DNA of 63,817 bases, counting the filler, from Octopus bimaculoides (lineage: Eukaryota): the NCBI RefSeq assembly GCF_001194135.2. It is 7 parts of 6 records of this genome, joined end to end, with 100 filler letters (N's around TTAATTAATTAA, not from the genome) between each part and the next. Parts side by side here need not be neighbours in the genome. Positions count along the whole stretch, not along the records: positions 15,612 to 44,298 come from NC_068982.1; positions 44,399 to 51,749 come from NC_068983.1; positions 51,850 to 58,817 come from NC_068985.1; 4 more parts are not named here. One strand, written 5' to 3'. Under the pieces are notes generated by a model that was given only the letters and a program-made list of their open reading frames with translations, was not told the DNA's origin and made no database searches. This document shows positions 40,433 to 53,941 of the stretch, piece by piece. Position numbers and translations under genes: made by a program. The first letter of the stretch is position 1, and every line of letters begins with the position of its first letter.

Positions 40433-41802
40433 GTACAGATTTGTATGTTTTGTTTTAGGTATGTATTCTCATGCATATAGCTGGGTGTCTATACATGCTC
40501 ATATATATTTAAATGATAAACTTCTGGAAAGTCTTACAGATTTTTTACAGTTCCAGTGATGGTTTGGATCATTTTGTCTTCGAATCAGCTTTCTCCTTTC
40601 TGGTTTTGAAAAACGTAATTTCTCAAGATTGGTATTTAGGCAGCATGTTACACATCCCAGTGACCCAATAAATTACAGGTATAAACCTGAATTTGTAATT
40701 TAGATAGAGAAGCTGTAGATTTCTCAATAGTTCAGCGTAAGTATTTTCTTTTTTGCTGATCTTTAGCTTTATGTTAACATCAGCTGGGCAGCTGATTTCC
40801 CCAAGTGTACGCAGCTTCTGTTGTCTATCCCGAATCACTATGACAAGTCTATTATGTTTACATCTTATTGAGTTTTTCCCTGGGACATTCTACCGGTACT
40901 CCATTCTATTATGAATGATTTTGGCTTCTACTATTCTGTGGATTCTTATTTCTTTGTCCTCAGGGTTGTTCTTTTGACGGATCTTATTATACAATGCCCT
41001 AGCTATATCATGTCTCATCGTCAGATAAAACAATGATGACATTTTCGGAAAACTGCTTATGATGTAGGTGATATCTTCTGTGTTAACTCCACAAAGTTTG
41101 CATCGGTTATCACAGTTTGGCGCTTTTCCTGCGTCTCTGTCCCTTTTGTGCATTAAATATTTGGTTAATATTTCTTGTTCCTGGATTGCAAATGCATACC
41201 CTTCAAAGTGGTAGATAGTACTCCGATTGTTGATCCATGATAGACTGCTTTGATGATCAATGTTGCTATCATCCCGGAGCTTTCTACTAACATGCCCATG
41301 CATGGTCTTTTGCTGATATACGCTCATCCTTTTATCTGATGATATGTCCCAGTAGAGTCGTTCAACTTCGTTGGGTATGTAATTAAGGCTAATAGACAAG
41401 GAATATTGTTCAAGGAGATGCTTTCCAAATATTAAGATGTTACCAGCCTCATGTAAGCAAACTTGGTCATAGAATGCACTTCGATACTTGGTGGTTGCTG
41501 AAGGGTTATTCAAAGGCCTTTGGATCGTTGTTAAGCCAGCCTCTGCCGCCTTGATTTCGTTTTACGTAGAAACGGTCTACGTCACTGTTTATGTGGGAAT
41601 TATGCCTGCTTGTTAGTATTTTTCGGGTTTTCACATCAATGCCTCGGATCTCATCAAGTGTCCAATCAAGCAGCTCAAATGTTGATATGAGTACTAGCAC
41701 TGCAAACACAGTGTGGACCACTGAATGCAGAGAGTTCGAAATTTTCTTTATTTGGCTATCATATTCTTTCGTGACACGTGTTTTGTTACAAGTGTCATTT
41801 AT
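40433..41802 (-). mobile_element. R4/Dong-clade 3' portion, copy B, including the zinc-knuckle region
   Basis: IDVKTRKIL...GGRG; HFEGYAFAIQEQEI; CKLCGVNTEDITYIIS; MRHD; EISCPADVNIKLK; shares lesions with copy A. Confidence 0.85.
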
Positions 41803-41807
41803 GTATG

Positions 41808-41839
<32 letters not shown>

Positions 41840-42629
41840 GATGTATGTATGTATGTATGTATGTATGTATGTATGTATGTGTATATACATATATACTCCT
41901 ATATATATAATTTACTTTATGTATATAAATGGTCTCCAACTCTGTAGATAGAGAAGATATGCAGAGATATGTGTCAGGAAGATACTAGAACTTGCAAGAA
42001 AATTTAGCATTAAAACTTTTTTCCTAGTACTGAGCAAGTTGCGTAGTGTAGAAGTTCCATCCTCACTGGCCAGATCTTGGACCAGATCCTGCATTAGATT
42101 TGAATTCATAGACATAACCTTTCAATACTCTTCAGAAAGATTTAAGAAACGTGCATGGTGTAGATATAGATGTCTTCAAAAGCTACTGGACATTCTAGTG
42201 CCTAAAAACCTAAATGTGTGCGCGCGCGTTCGCGCATGTGTGTGATCAGTTACAGGTGGTTTCTTCAGTACGATTATGGTATTTATCAAAATGGTTAAGT
42301 GTGTGACTATCATCACCCCCAACATGAACATATTCTTCGTCCTCTTCGTCCAGATCATCAGAATTATTAACTTTTGGACACGCAGAATCGGTAAAATGCC
42401 GGACAAAATGCTTTTTGTCCTGAATTCATATACAGTACTGCAAACGTCAAGCTTGTTTCAAGATCGTTAACATAAGTATCAATCAACTACTTGGATTGTA
42501 TAAGCTCAAATCAATTTATGGTCTTTTGCATACTCTAAACTTAATGTTAAACCTGAAGGAAACAGAGCAAGCGACATAAAGAGGGTCTCAGATTAATTTG
42601 GGATACTAAAACCTACGCCGCTGTTGGAA

Positions 42630-43139
42630 AAAAATTACGACAGTGGAAGTGAGATTTAAAACGAAATGTGAACCCAGGAAGCACTTCACAACAACCCTGT
42701 AGAAAACGAACTAGCCTTCGTATCAGTCTACTTTGGAGAGTAGTGAGAATAAACGCGGCCGATGTTCCTCCAGAAGTAAATAGCTAATGGTTAGTGTCGG
42801 CTGTTCTCTTCGACATAGAGGACAAAACCGACGTTTCGAGGCTGCAGAAAAAAGTCGATCCAAGATACTGATCCACCCCACCAACAAAAAAACAAAGAAA
42901 TTATGGAAGCTATCCCGGACCTGGTCAATTTATCAGCTTGCTCAGAACTTTTCGAAGTTGAAGGCACAGTCTCGGAATTACGTGTGGTGATACAAGCCAT
43001 CAGAAGGCTTTCCGTCCACAGTAAAGGTGGGAAGAGAGGGGAGATACCTCCTTTGCTGCCGACGCCATCACCACTGCAACAAAAATACCAGCAACAAAAC
43101 AGCAGCACCAAGAGTAGCATGCTGCCACAACAACAATAA
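42630..43139 (+). pseudogene. Decayed coding-like relic, possibly a non-LTR retrotransposon ORF1
   Basis: Broken frames TTVEVRFKTK, RVVRINAADVPPEVNS*WLVSAVLFDIEDK and SACSELFEVEGTVSELRVVIQAIRRL, ending in a (CAA/CAG) tract; the family call is inference. Confidence 0.3.
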
Positions 43140-44994
43140 TAGTAACAACGATGACAACAACAACTATAAAACAAGCACCCGTGAAAGCAACTGTAATATC
43201 AGCAGCAGCAACAGCAACCACACCAACAGTGGAAGGAACAGCAGCAAAAACAACAAAAGAAACGCTGCCATCAAGGAATTCGTTGGTAGGGACATGGTTA
43301 CTGGAAACTGAACGCGTCGCTCCTGGTGCTCCAAGCTTAAAAGATCGTGTTAACTAGTTCGCTAAGCAGTTTTAATGAATGCGATCGTTAATAGTGGTTC
43401 ACACTGGAAAAGCGTTTAAAGTAGAATAAATTAAGTTTAGTAAGCAGTAGCATTCACGAAAACTAAGATAGAGGGTTGTAAGCAAGGCTTCAGTAGTGAC
43501 GTGTACGCGTTGTGGTTGGCTCTCTAGTAGTTAAGCAACTTAAAGCATAACTCTGTGTTGTCAGCGCTCAAGCATGTGGAGAAAAAAAATCGTTTGATGA
43601 GCTAGAGTGGCAGAGACGCAACGTGACAATAACGCTACGATTTTTTATTCTAGTGGGGTGGGGCATGATGGACGCCTGTGGCATTTCCGTCGACTGCTCG
43701 ATAATGTGTAGCAGGTCAGACAGCAGGACGGAATCCGCTGCCTATCTCAACGGTGCGCTGAGATACAGCAAGAGAGACAAAGTGTTGCGAAAATCCGATA
43801 ATAACTGCGGAAATAGTGGAAATAATGGCAGGCAAATTGTCTGGTTTGGATTGGTTGCCTTACGAGCTTTATTTATATATGCCAGACTTGTTTGCGATGG
43901 ATGTCTTGGCAGGTATTTATCGCAACTGAATAGCAGAACAAGAGAATTCCCAGTTCTGTGAGTTGAGAAGCGGCAACGTTACTGAAAAAGGATCCAAACG
44001 GGATATTACATTGATAACACTGGTCAACAGCCAATTTTCATCAGGGATATTAGATGGTGTTTTATATGTAGTTTTGTCTGTGGATTTCAAAAATGTAATC
44101 GGTTTCTTTCTATCAGGCACAGTTTTTCTGTAATTTTATGTTTTCATAATCTTTTCGTTTCATAAATTTTACTTTCTGTTTAAGGTGCCAAGTCATCATC
44201 AAATTCTACTCAGGATGTCAAGGCATTGCAAGAACAGTCCTGATATATTTTGTTATGTCTGTGGCTCATTTACCACCAAAGCTCAGCAACGTGTCATCNN
44301 NNNNNNNNNNNNNNNNNNNNNNNNNNNNNNNNNNNNNNNNNNTTAATTAATTAANNNNNNNNNNNNNNNNNNNNNNNNNNNNNNNNNNNNNNNNNNNNTA
44401 CATAGATAGATAGATAGATATATACATATATATATATGTACAAATACATGCATATATATATGTATGTATGCATACATATACATATATATATATATATATA
44501 CATATACACACACATATAATACAAAAATAGACGTGCATACATATAAGTGTGTGTTTGTGTGACTCAGAGTGTGTGTGTGTGGTCTTCGACATTTACTCTA
44601 ATTCTTCACTGGCTCCTTTCAGTTTCCGTCTACGTTTATCTGACAGAAGTTTTTTGTCAGTCAGAAATAACCCGGACAATGCAGGGGATGTATTTAATAA
44701 TAGAACCTTAATATGGGTTGACCTGCAGCTACTTACCAACAACAAGTACAATGATAAATGTATAAATATAGATTACATCACATATACTATCCAGCTGACC
44801 ATTCAATACGCGCATACAAAATACTGTTACATATATGCACAAAGAAAAAACACATGCCATTACTTGCGTGCTGTTTTGTTTTTTTTATAAACACATTGAT
44901 AAAATCACTAGCATACACATGAACACGCACAAGCACACACATGCCCACGCATGCGCATACAAATACGTACAAATGCACGTGCGCCTTCACACGC

Positions 44995-45160
44995 ACAAAT
45001 ACATGTGTGGCTGTGTGATAAGAAGTTTGCTTTGGAACCACATGTTTCTGGGTTCAGTCACACTGTGGGACACCTGGGGTAAGTGTCTCCCACTATGACC
45101 TCGGGCTGACCAAAACCTTTTGAGTGCGCTTCGTAGACAGAAACTGAAATTAGACATTCA
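44995..45160 (+). mobile_element. CORE-like SINE, 5' half
   Basis: GGGTTCAGTCACACTGTGGGACACCTGGGGTAAGTGTCTCCCACTATGACCTCGGGCTGACCAAAACC. Confidence 0.7.
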
Positions 45161-45913
45161 AATGCGTGGTTGTGGGTGTATGAAAGCGCATGGCTCTGTG
45201 TGGTTACAACGTCGCTCTTACAATCGTTAAGTTATGAGTTCCATTCACGAGCCGGGTTCTAACTTATTTTCTCCATTGTACCTGTTCTCTCAGCTCTAGG
45301 ACAGATTGCAACTTTCTAGATTGAATCCCAAGATCATGGGAGTTTTTCTCGGGTATATAACCACATCATCATGTAAAGGTGCGTTAAGGTATTTGGCTCT
45401 AGATAGTAAGAACCTGTTTGATACCTGACAGCGCGTGGTGTCCTTGAGCAAGACACTTCATAACAAAAATGTATTGTGCCTCTAATTGAAATCGTCAGCC
45501 TTGTCCTTCAGAATTACGATAAGTGTACGTGTGTCGTTCCATTGAGCGAATCCAGTGGAAACCTCGAATCCAGTGGAAACAAGTCACATAATCAAGCGTT
45601 TGGAGATGTGTAATTATGACACAGAATAGGCATTTCGAATTCATAAAGTATTATGTACCTCGTATTATGCAATTGGCAATATATAGCCAGTTATTACCTG
45701 ATGTTAATGAAATATGCTTAGGTGGGTATAATTAAATATCTTGTAGACAATCTAACATGCACCATTTTCTTCTCTAAATATAATATGCTGACACAAAACT
45801 GGATTTAATAACAAGGAATATGAAGGAATCGTCAGGTATATATATATCATCTCTTTGGTCAAAACATATTTAAGTGTATCTAAGCCTATGTGTGCGTGTG
45901 TATGTATGTACGC

Positions 45914-45956
<43 letters not shown>

Positions 45957-46212
45957 NNNNNNNNNNNNNNNNNNNNNNNNNNNNNNNNNNNNNNNNNNNN
46001 NNNNNNNNNNNNNNNNNNNNNNNNNNNNNNNNNNNNNNNNNNNNNNNNNNNNNNNNNNNNNNNNNNNNNNNNNNNNNNNNNNNNNNNNNNNNNNNNNNNN
46101 NNNNNNNNNNNNNNNNNNNNNNNNNNNNNNNNNNNNNNNNNNNNNNNNNNNNNNNNNNNNNNNNNNNNNNNNNNNNNNNNNNNNNNNNNNNNNNNNNNNN
46201 NNNNNNNNNNNN

Positions 46213-46245
<33 letters not shown>

Positions 46246-46623
46246 GTGAATTCTAGTAGCTGTCTCTTGCAGATTTATCTGAAGAGAATCAGGGGCCTTT
46301 GGCGCTAAATTGGAAGTCATGATATTAAATTCATTGACAGTCTTCAGACATCCTTTACAGAAGCAGGACGCTAATCTTGTTCATTAAATTATAATTTTTC
46401 ATACAATGCCTGTATTAATATAGTGGTTTTTCTGTGGCTTAGATTTATTTCGACTTCTATTTTTAACGAAGCAGGTGCTTATGGATTACCATAGTATATA
46501 TATGAGGAATATATTTGTATATCTTATATAAAATTAATGATTTTGCCTGTACGTGTTTTACACTCTCGGCCACTAACGTTATAATGTTTAGGAATAATAT
46601 CGTTCTGTCATGTGTGTGTATAT

Positions 46624-46671
<48 letters not shown>

Positions 46672-46785
46672 GTACAATTGTAACTGCCCAATACTTTAAG
46701 GACAATTTAGAAACCTGTCCGCTTTTGTATCGTCTATCTGTCCGGATATTTTATTGACCTGTATTCCATTTTCGCTCTATTTGTT

Positions 46786-46823
<38 letters not shown>

Positions 46824-49800
46824 TGATAATAAGTAAAATGAATTATTTGAACGTTCAAACGTTATGTTTGGAAATACACATAAATTTGAATGTTCGAATT
46901 CTTCATTCTCCTTCTTATCAATATAGTATTAGCACTGTAAGTTACCACGAAAAAAACTACTGCAAATCAGGATGGTAGTTAGAGACAAAAGCCCGAATAT
47001 CTTATCCCTCCTCTTACTATATNNNNNNNNNNNNNNNNNNNNNNNNNNNNNNNNNNNNNNNNNNNNNNNNNNNNNNNNNNNNNNNNNNNNNNNNNNNNNN
47101 NNNNNNNNNNNNNNNNNNNNNNNNNNNNNNNNNNNNNNNNNNNNNNNNNNNNNNNNNNNNNNNNNNNNNNNNNNNNNNNNNNNNNNNNNNNNNNNNNNNN
47201 NNNNNNNNNNNNNNNNNNNNNNNNNNNNNNNNNNNNNNNNNNNNNNNNNNNNNNNNNNNNNNNNNNNNNNNNNNNNNNNNNNNNNNNNNNNNNNNNNNNN
47301 NNNNNNNNNNNNNNNNNNNNNNNNNNNNNNNNNNNNNNNNNNNNNNNNNNNNNNNNNNNNNNNNNNNNNNNNNNNNNNNNNNNNNNNNNNNNNNNNNNNN
47401 NNNNNNNNNNNNNNTATATAAATAAATACTTATGTTCATATACATACATATATATATATATATACACATATATGTATATACATACATTTATTTATGCATG
47501 TAGACCTTTGTAAAGATAATATCTATCTATATATTTTTAGGTCATTGTATTCCTGATGCAAACGTTGCTATGTAAATATTCAAAGTATTGTATATTTATT
47601 CACTTCGATTGTAACCAGAATGTGGCATATATCAATATATTTATGTCTGTGCCTGTATGTTTGTATTGCGTTTCTCTGTTTTTCTTTGTTCTGTTCTTAA
47701 TACTTATGTAGGTGTTAATGAGAGTCACATAGACTATATCAACATGACTAATAATGAATTATATGCAAAAGCTTAGGACAGCGTACGACTTCATCTAACT
47801 TATTGCATATCAGAACAGAATTTTGTAATATCTTCATAAAGAAATGTATTCGTATTCGTAAATATACACACACAGTCACACATATAAGCACACGCAGACA
47901 AGCAGATGTATCTTGCTACGCAAGGTATATTGTAGAACGTGTTTACTTGCGTACATAGATATATATTGCTTTGAAATATATATTGACAACCGATGACAGC
48001 GGCTTAGCATCGATTTAAACATCCATCTCAAAATCGAACTCGTTTCATGTATGTACATGTGAAGCATATAAATTCTTAAAATTTGAAAAACACTTTTCAG
48101 TATTTTATGCTGACTTATGAAGTTGTATGTTCACTCAGAAAATTTGCAATTCTCTCACACGATGTTCACAAATATCGTTACTATATTTTCAGATACGTTG
48201 ACATCATCATTGAATGTCCCAGGCTCAGAAGCGATATATTATCTCTGGCTTTGAATATGTGAACAGCAATAACAACCAAAACGCCTGATGCACGACTGAG
48301 AGAGGAATGTATGTAAATCAATTATATACAAGACACCATGCAGAATGTGGAATTTAAAAATGACGATGTCACCAATATCATATGTAGTTGAATATAATGG
48401 TGTCACAGTATTACCTATCTTTGAGACATGGTGTCATGGATAGAAAAGTATGCTACGAAATATGTAGGAAGTATGATCTTGGGAATACAAATATAATTAC
48501 TCTGATATTATATATAATTACGCATATAACTAAAGAATGCTTGTGAATTGTTTTTGTCAATTATCCAATAAATCCCCAGCACAGGCCAATCAAAACGACC
48601 TCGGATGTAAAAAGAATTACACTTAAAATACTTGAATTCATTCGCCTTTGATATATAGTGTGATAAATATTTAGGAAACAAACAAACAAAATGACATCTC
48701 TTCTGATGAGAAATTTGCAGTGATTTCATCCGGAAGATAGGGTCCATAATTGATATCAATGTTATGAAAATGTTTCACAAAGCCAGAAAGATTACAACTA
48801 CAATCAAAGGCGCAGCATCTCATACGAAATAAAAGTGTGTGTGTATGTGTTAACATTTCTATGCACTGGGCTGGGTGTGCATATGGATGTGTGTGCATGC
48901 GCAACTATGCACGTACATAATTGTGTTTCAGCATTGTGTTTCTGAATATGTGTGCGTGTGTGCACGAGTGTCTGTGCATGTGTGTGTTGGGGGATAAGGT
49001 AAACGGAATATTAATGTAGGCATGTATTATCGTAGAGATAAAGCATTGTGCTCCCTCTCAGCCACAACCGACCAAGTGAATTCTTATCAACCCACCCTTA
49101 GCGTTTCTGCCAGTGAGCAATTGTTTGAAGTTGATATCATAAACATGAACAGACCATTAACTTACTATTAACATTCCAAACCTTGATTTATGTAAGGAAT
49201 GCTAGTACTGTAGCTACTGTTCCTCCATTTGTTAGTAATATCAACGTTGTTATTGTCATTGTGGTACTGATGATAATTGCATTCTGTTGATGATATAGTT
49301 AGAGTTATTGACGCTGGAGCTGTATTGTTTACAAGATTCTACTGTTCCCTCTTTCTTTTTCTCCTTCTTTCCTCTCTTTTGTAAGCATATAGGAGCGCTT
49401 CTGCTTGTGTACGATTATAAATGCATATTTTCGGACATGGATAAAAAAAAAAACTTAAACTTGAACGTCTGTCATCTGTTTCCACCAGCCGATGTCGTAG
49501 TTTTATTCATGACAATCTGTTCTTTGTAACCAATACAGCCGATGACCTAGTGTCAGTAACGACTGTCTGACCTCTCTTTCCACTATCGTATGCCATAGTT
49601 TCATTTACGGACATCTGTCCTCCGTTTCTACCACCCTATGCCCGAAATGCATCTCCGACTGTCTACTCTATGTTTCCGCCATCCTATGTCCTAGTTTTAG
49701 CTACTCCACCAAATTTGTTGGTATGTTGCTTAACGTCATTCTTTTTACACAGTTCTGTTCAGTATTACCAAACGCTGATGATGTGATCTAATACGGTTAT

Positions 49801-50378
49801 ACAATCTTCAACTGACAATTATGTAATCGGGACAATAAAATTGTCGATACACGTTTATGCTTATTGAGCATAAAATGTGTTTTATTAATACTGTGACGTG
49901 GATCGTATTTCACGCAGAACTCTATACATTAGTTTGATGCTCCGCGTCGCACTGCACTGGATTTAACAGGCGAGTGTGGGCCTACTATTATGTTCAGACT
50001 TTGGTTACGTTTCTCGCATTGGAATGATTATATAGTTCATATCTATCTATCCATACGCGCGCGCATACACACACAGGCACAGACACAGAAACACACGCAC
50101 ACAGACACAGAAACACACAAGTATATGCATTCACATATCTCTATGTATAACTTCTTTCAGTCGTAAGACCGCGACCTTGATGGGGCAGTAACTTGAAGAA
50201 TTTGAGCGAACGAATCGATCCCACTCCTAATTTTTATTTTAAAAGTGGTACTTAATCTATTGGTCTTTTTCGCCGAAGTAATAGGTTACGTGGACGTAAA
50301 CACAGACATATACAGGCATGCATGCACACGCCCCCCCCCATATATGTATATATATATATGTGCGCACACACACACACA

Positions 50379-50431
<53 letters not shown>

Positions 50432-51339
50432 GGAGAGAAAGAGAGAGAGAGAGAGAGAGNNNNNNNNNNNNNNNNNNNNNNNNNNNNNNNNNNNNNNNNN
50501 NNNNNNNNNNNNNNNNNNNNNNNNNNNNNNNNNNNNNNNNNNNNNNNNNNNNNNNNNNNNNNNNNNNNNNNNNNNNNNNNNNNNNNNNNNNNNNNNNNNN
50601 NNNNNNNNNNNNNNNNNNNNNNNNNNNNNNNNNNNNNNNNNNNNNNNNNNNNNNNNNNNNNNNNNNNNNNNNNNNNNNNNNTGTGTGTGTGTGTGTATGA
50701 ATATATATGCATGTATATGTATGTATGTACATATATACATATATATATGTGTGTGTGTGTGTGTGTATGTGTGTGTGTGTGTGTGTGTATGAATATATAT
50801 GCATGTATATGTATGTATGTACATATATACATATATATATGTGTGTGTGTGTGTGTGTATGTGTGTGTGCATACATGTATACACACATATACTGATAAAG
50901 AAGGTGACAGAGGAGTGTAAGAGAGGGAAGGAAAGAGATGCAAAGAGGGAGAGAGAAATTCATCGTCGTATGAGAGTGAATGGAATCCGATATGTTAAAA
51001 CACCTCAGCGTATTGCTAAATATACTAATAAGTAAAAGGCAGAATACAACAAAAATATTTGCATATATAATTATTTTTGCAACCTTCACTATTTAATAAC
51101 ATTATTATTAATTTATGAAGTGACACGAAACTAAGCAATTTTTTCTCTTTTATTTGTAACCCTAATGGAAATTGACAATGGATCAATTGAAGCATAAATG
51201 CGATGCGTTTCTGAACGGTGAAATCCACACAGCATTGTCATGAAATCTAAATTAACTCTGAAGTTTGTGAAAATGTCAATCAACATGTTGCATATGTCGA
51301 TGTGCATCTGTGTATCTATGTACGTCTCGCGAGGTTCGT

Positions 51340-51518
51340 TTCATGAGTGCAGCGGTGGTGGTGTGGTCAGGAGCTTGTTTCTCAACCACATCGTTCCGGC
51401 ACCTTAGCAGTTTGGGCTAGTGTCTTCTACTATAACTTTGGGCTGCCTAAAGGCTTATGGGTGGGTTTGGTAGACGGAAACGGGAAGAAACCATCGCACT
51501 TATCTATCTATCAATTTC

Positions 51519-51588
<70 letters not shown>
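51340..51588 (+). mobile_element. CORE-like SINE 5' half followed by (CTAT)n at 51501-51588
   Basis: TTGGGCTAGTGTCTTCTACTATAACTTTGGGCTGCCTAAAGGC...GGTAGACGGAAAC, then the microsatellite. Confidence 0.7.
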
Positions 51589-51749
51589 ACGGCAGCTGGC
51601 TTTGGTCCCGTTTTCCGCGGTTGGATCGCTGCCTTGTATAGCGGCATCCGATCGGTAATTCAGGTAAACGGTCACCTGTCAAAACCGTTCGACATCACGC
51701 GTTCGGTCCGTCAGGGATGTCCCCTGTCGGCGCTTCTGTATGTATTGAC
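51589..51749 (+). mobile_element. L1/Tx1-clade reverse-transcriptase fragment, 5'-truncated and apparently young
   Basis: Stop-free TAAGFGPVFRGWIAALYSGIRSVIQVNGHLSKPFDITRSVRQGCPLSALLYVL; GC/CpG-rich; runs into a gap. Confidence 0.85.
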
Positions 51750-52519
51750 NNNNNNNNNNNNNNNNNNNNNNNNNNNNNNNNNNNNNNNNNNNNTTAATTA
51801 ATTAANNNNNNNNNNNNNNNNNNNNNNNNNNNNNNNNNNNNNNNNNNNNTTTTCTTGCCAAATAAACGCATGCACTATATATTCGTCCTTCATTCTTTTA
51901 TTGTCCTTATTTTAAATTATTTTCGTATTTTATCTTCGGACTATAAGATAAAATAAGAACAATAACAACCGAGTGAAGAACGAATGTATAGTGTGTGTGT
52001 TTGCTTGGGTGCGTGCGTGCGTGCGTGCGTGTGTGTGTGTGTGTGGGTGTGTTTGTGTGTGTGTGTGTGAGTGTGTGTGTGTGTGTGTGTGCGTGCGTGT
52101 GTGATTTAATTGGTTGTAATGGTTACAATATATTGTCAAATATATTTTCACTAATGACATTATTATATTCCAATTTTTACTGTTATAAAATTTTACCACA
52201 GTATTTTGTAATATATGAAGAAAGAAAACACAAAGTATTTTCTTTAAGTTAATATAAATAAACAAAAGAACTATTTTAATGATTGAATATAAATTGAAAC
52301 ATGGTATACATGTAGAACAACAGATAATGCATAATAACCTGAACTGATATCCCATTATTATACTGTCGACATCATAGTAAAACTGTATCTCGGTTTGTAC
52401 AACACTCCATTTGCACGGTTTCATGATAGTAGGAATTTGGTTTTATTTAAGTAAGCCTTAGGTGAGATTAATTTTCATATATTTCCTTAAATATTTTCGA
52501 TATTCAAAAATAGAGGTTC

Positions 52520-52640
52520 CATCACTGGAACTGTAAAAATCTGTGAAAACTTTCCAGAAGTTTATGAACATGTGTAGATATGTAACTCGATGCATGAGAA
52601 TACACACATAAAGCATACAAACCTGCACATACAAACACAG
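52520..52640 (+). mobile_element. R4/Dong ORF end and 3' UTR fragment
   Basis: CCATCACTGGAACTGTAAAAATCTGTGAAAACTTTCCAGAAGTTTAT matches 24045-24090. Confidence 0.75.
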
Positions 52641-52749
52641 AAAGAGAGAGAGAAGAAAGCAACAAATACCACAAAATACAGGCCTGTCGTTCCGCTGAGT
52701 GGATGAAGGTTAACGAACGCTATTTCAAGTCAAATACTTCGAGGAGTTT

Positions 52750-53941
52750 AAGCCTGAGACACCTGTAGTCGAGGACATAGTGTCTGTTGGCAAGTCCATG
52801 GGCCTTGGTATGACGATGGGGACATTAGCGATTTCGTCGAGGAACAATCAGAGGAGCTGATGACAGATGAACTCCTGTAGCTTAAAGAATAGCAGCATTC
52901 GGATACGATGGAAGAGATTGATTCTTTGGAGGAGGAGAGTGTAGCGGACAATGCTATCTCTACGAGTGACATAAAGGCAGTGTCGGCAAAGTGGCAGTAT
53001 GTTTCTGAATTGTTGTTGTTGGCACTCCGTCGCTTACGACGTCGAGGGTTCCAGTTGATCCGATCAACGGAACAGCCTGCTCGTGAAATTAACGTGCAAG
53101 TGGCTGAGCACTCCACACACACGTGTACCCTTAATGTAGTTCTCGGAGATATTCAGCGTGACACAGTGTGACAAGGCTGACCCTTTGAATTACAGGACGT
53201 AAGAGTGAGAGAAAGTTGTGGTGAAAGAGTACAGCAGGGTTCGCCACCATCCCCTGCCGGATCCTCGTGGAGCTTTAGGTGTTTTCGCTCAATAAACACT
53301 CACAACGCCCGGTCTGGGAATCGAAACCGCGATCCTATGACCGCGAGTCCGCTGCCCTAACCACTGGACCATTGCACCTCCACATTTCTGAATTTGTAGA
53401 AAAAAGTCATCCTGAAAACGTATCTACAGGTCGAGCACCTCCTTTATTCAATGACACCGCTCTGGCGCATTTTCGTAACATTTTCAAAGGCAGGAAAAAG
53501 TAGACTTCTCTTGATATGTTTCTAATGAAACAACCTCTAAGTGTGAAAAGTGAAGAAAGTTTGTTCAAAAAGTTTAAATTAAGCGAAGAGAGAAAACGCC
53601 AGAAATTATTCTTCCTGAAGTCTTAGTAGAAGGAGATTCTCCTTCAGTAATTTTCCTCCTCCCCACTCCGTCTTCCTCAGGCACAAATTTTAAGATAATT
53701 AAATTAAGAAAACCAGTTTAATATTTCTTTTGCATTCTCTTTTATTGTTTTTATAATTGTCATTTTCCTTGTAACTGCACCTTTACCATTTTAAAACCCA
53801 TAAAAATTAATTTAGTGCGGCTGGAACGAATTAATTATATTTTAATTGAATTCAATTGGAAACATTGATTTGTAAAACGAGTAAATCGTAAAACGAGCTC
53901 GAACATGGATCGGATTAAACTCGTACTGCGTGGTATTACTG
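52750..53941 (+). mobile_element. Tigger/pogo transposon 3' end, interrupted by a SINE
   Basis: IVSVGKSMG...EEQSEELMTDEL...ISTSDIKAVSAKWQYVSE[SINE]FVEKSHP...FNDTALAHFRNIFKGRKK; LVEGDSPS; ends GGTATTACTG|TA. Confidence 0.8.
53012..53384 (-). mobile_element. Young tRNA-derived SINE with (AAC)n tail and 10-bp TSD
   Basis: Head GGTGCAATGGTCCAGTGGTTAGGGCAGCGG...GGTTTCGATTCCC; TSD TTTCTGAATT at 53002-53011 and 53385-53394. Confidence 0.9.

Noticed and set aside
48703-48730. CTGATGA-GAAAT...ATTTC hairpin
   Set aside because: No GAAA or UH follows; the 7-mer is expected by chance.
53290-53384. tRNA-like sequence with A and B boxes (also 40340-40420)
   Set aside because: It is a SINE head continuing into SINE body, with tail and TSD; no complete acceptor stem.
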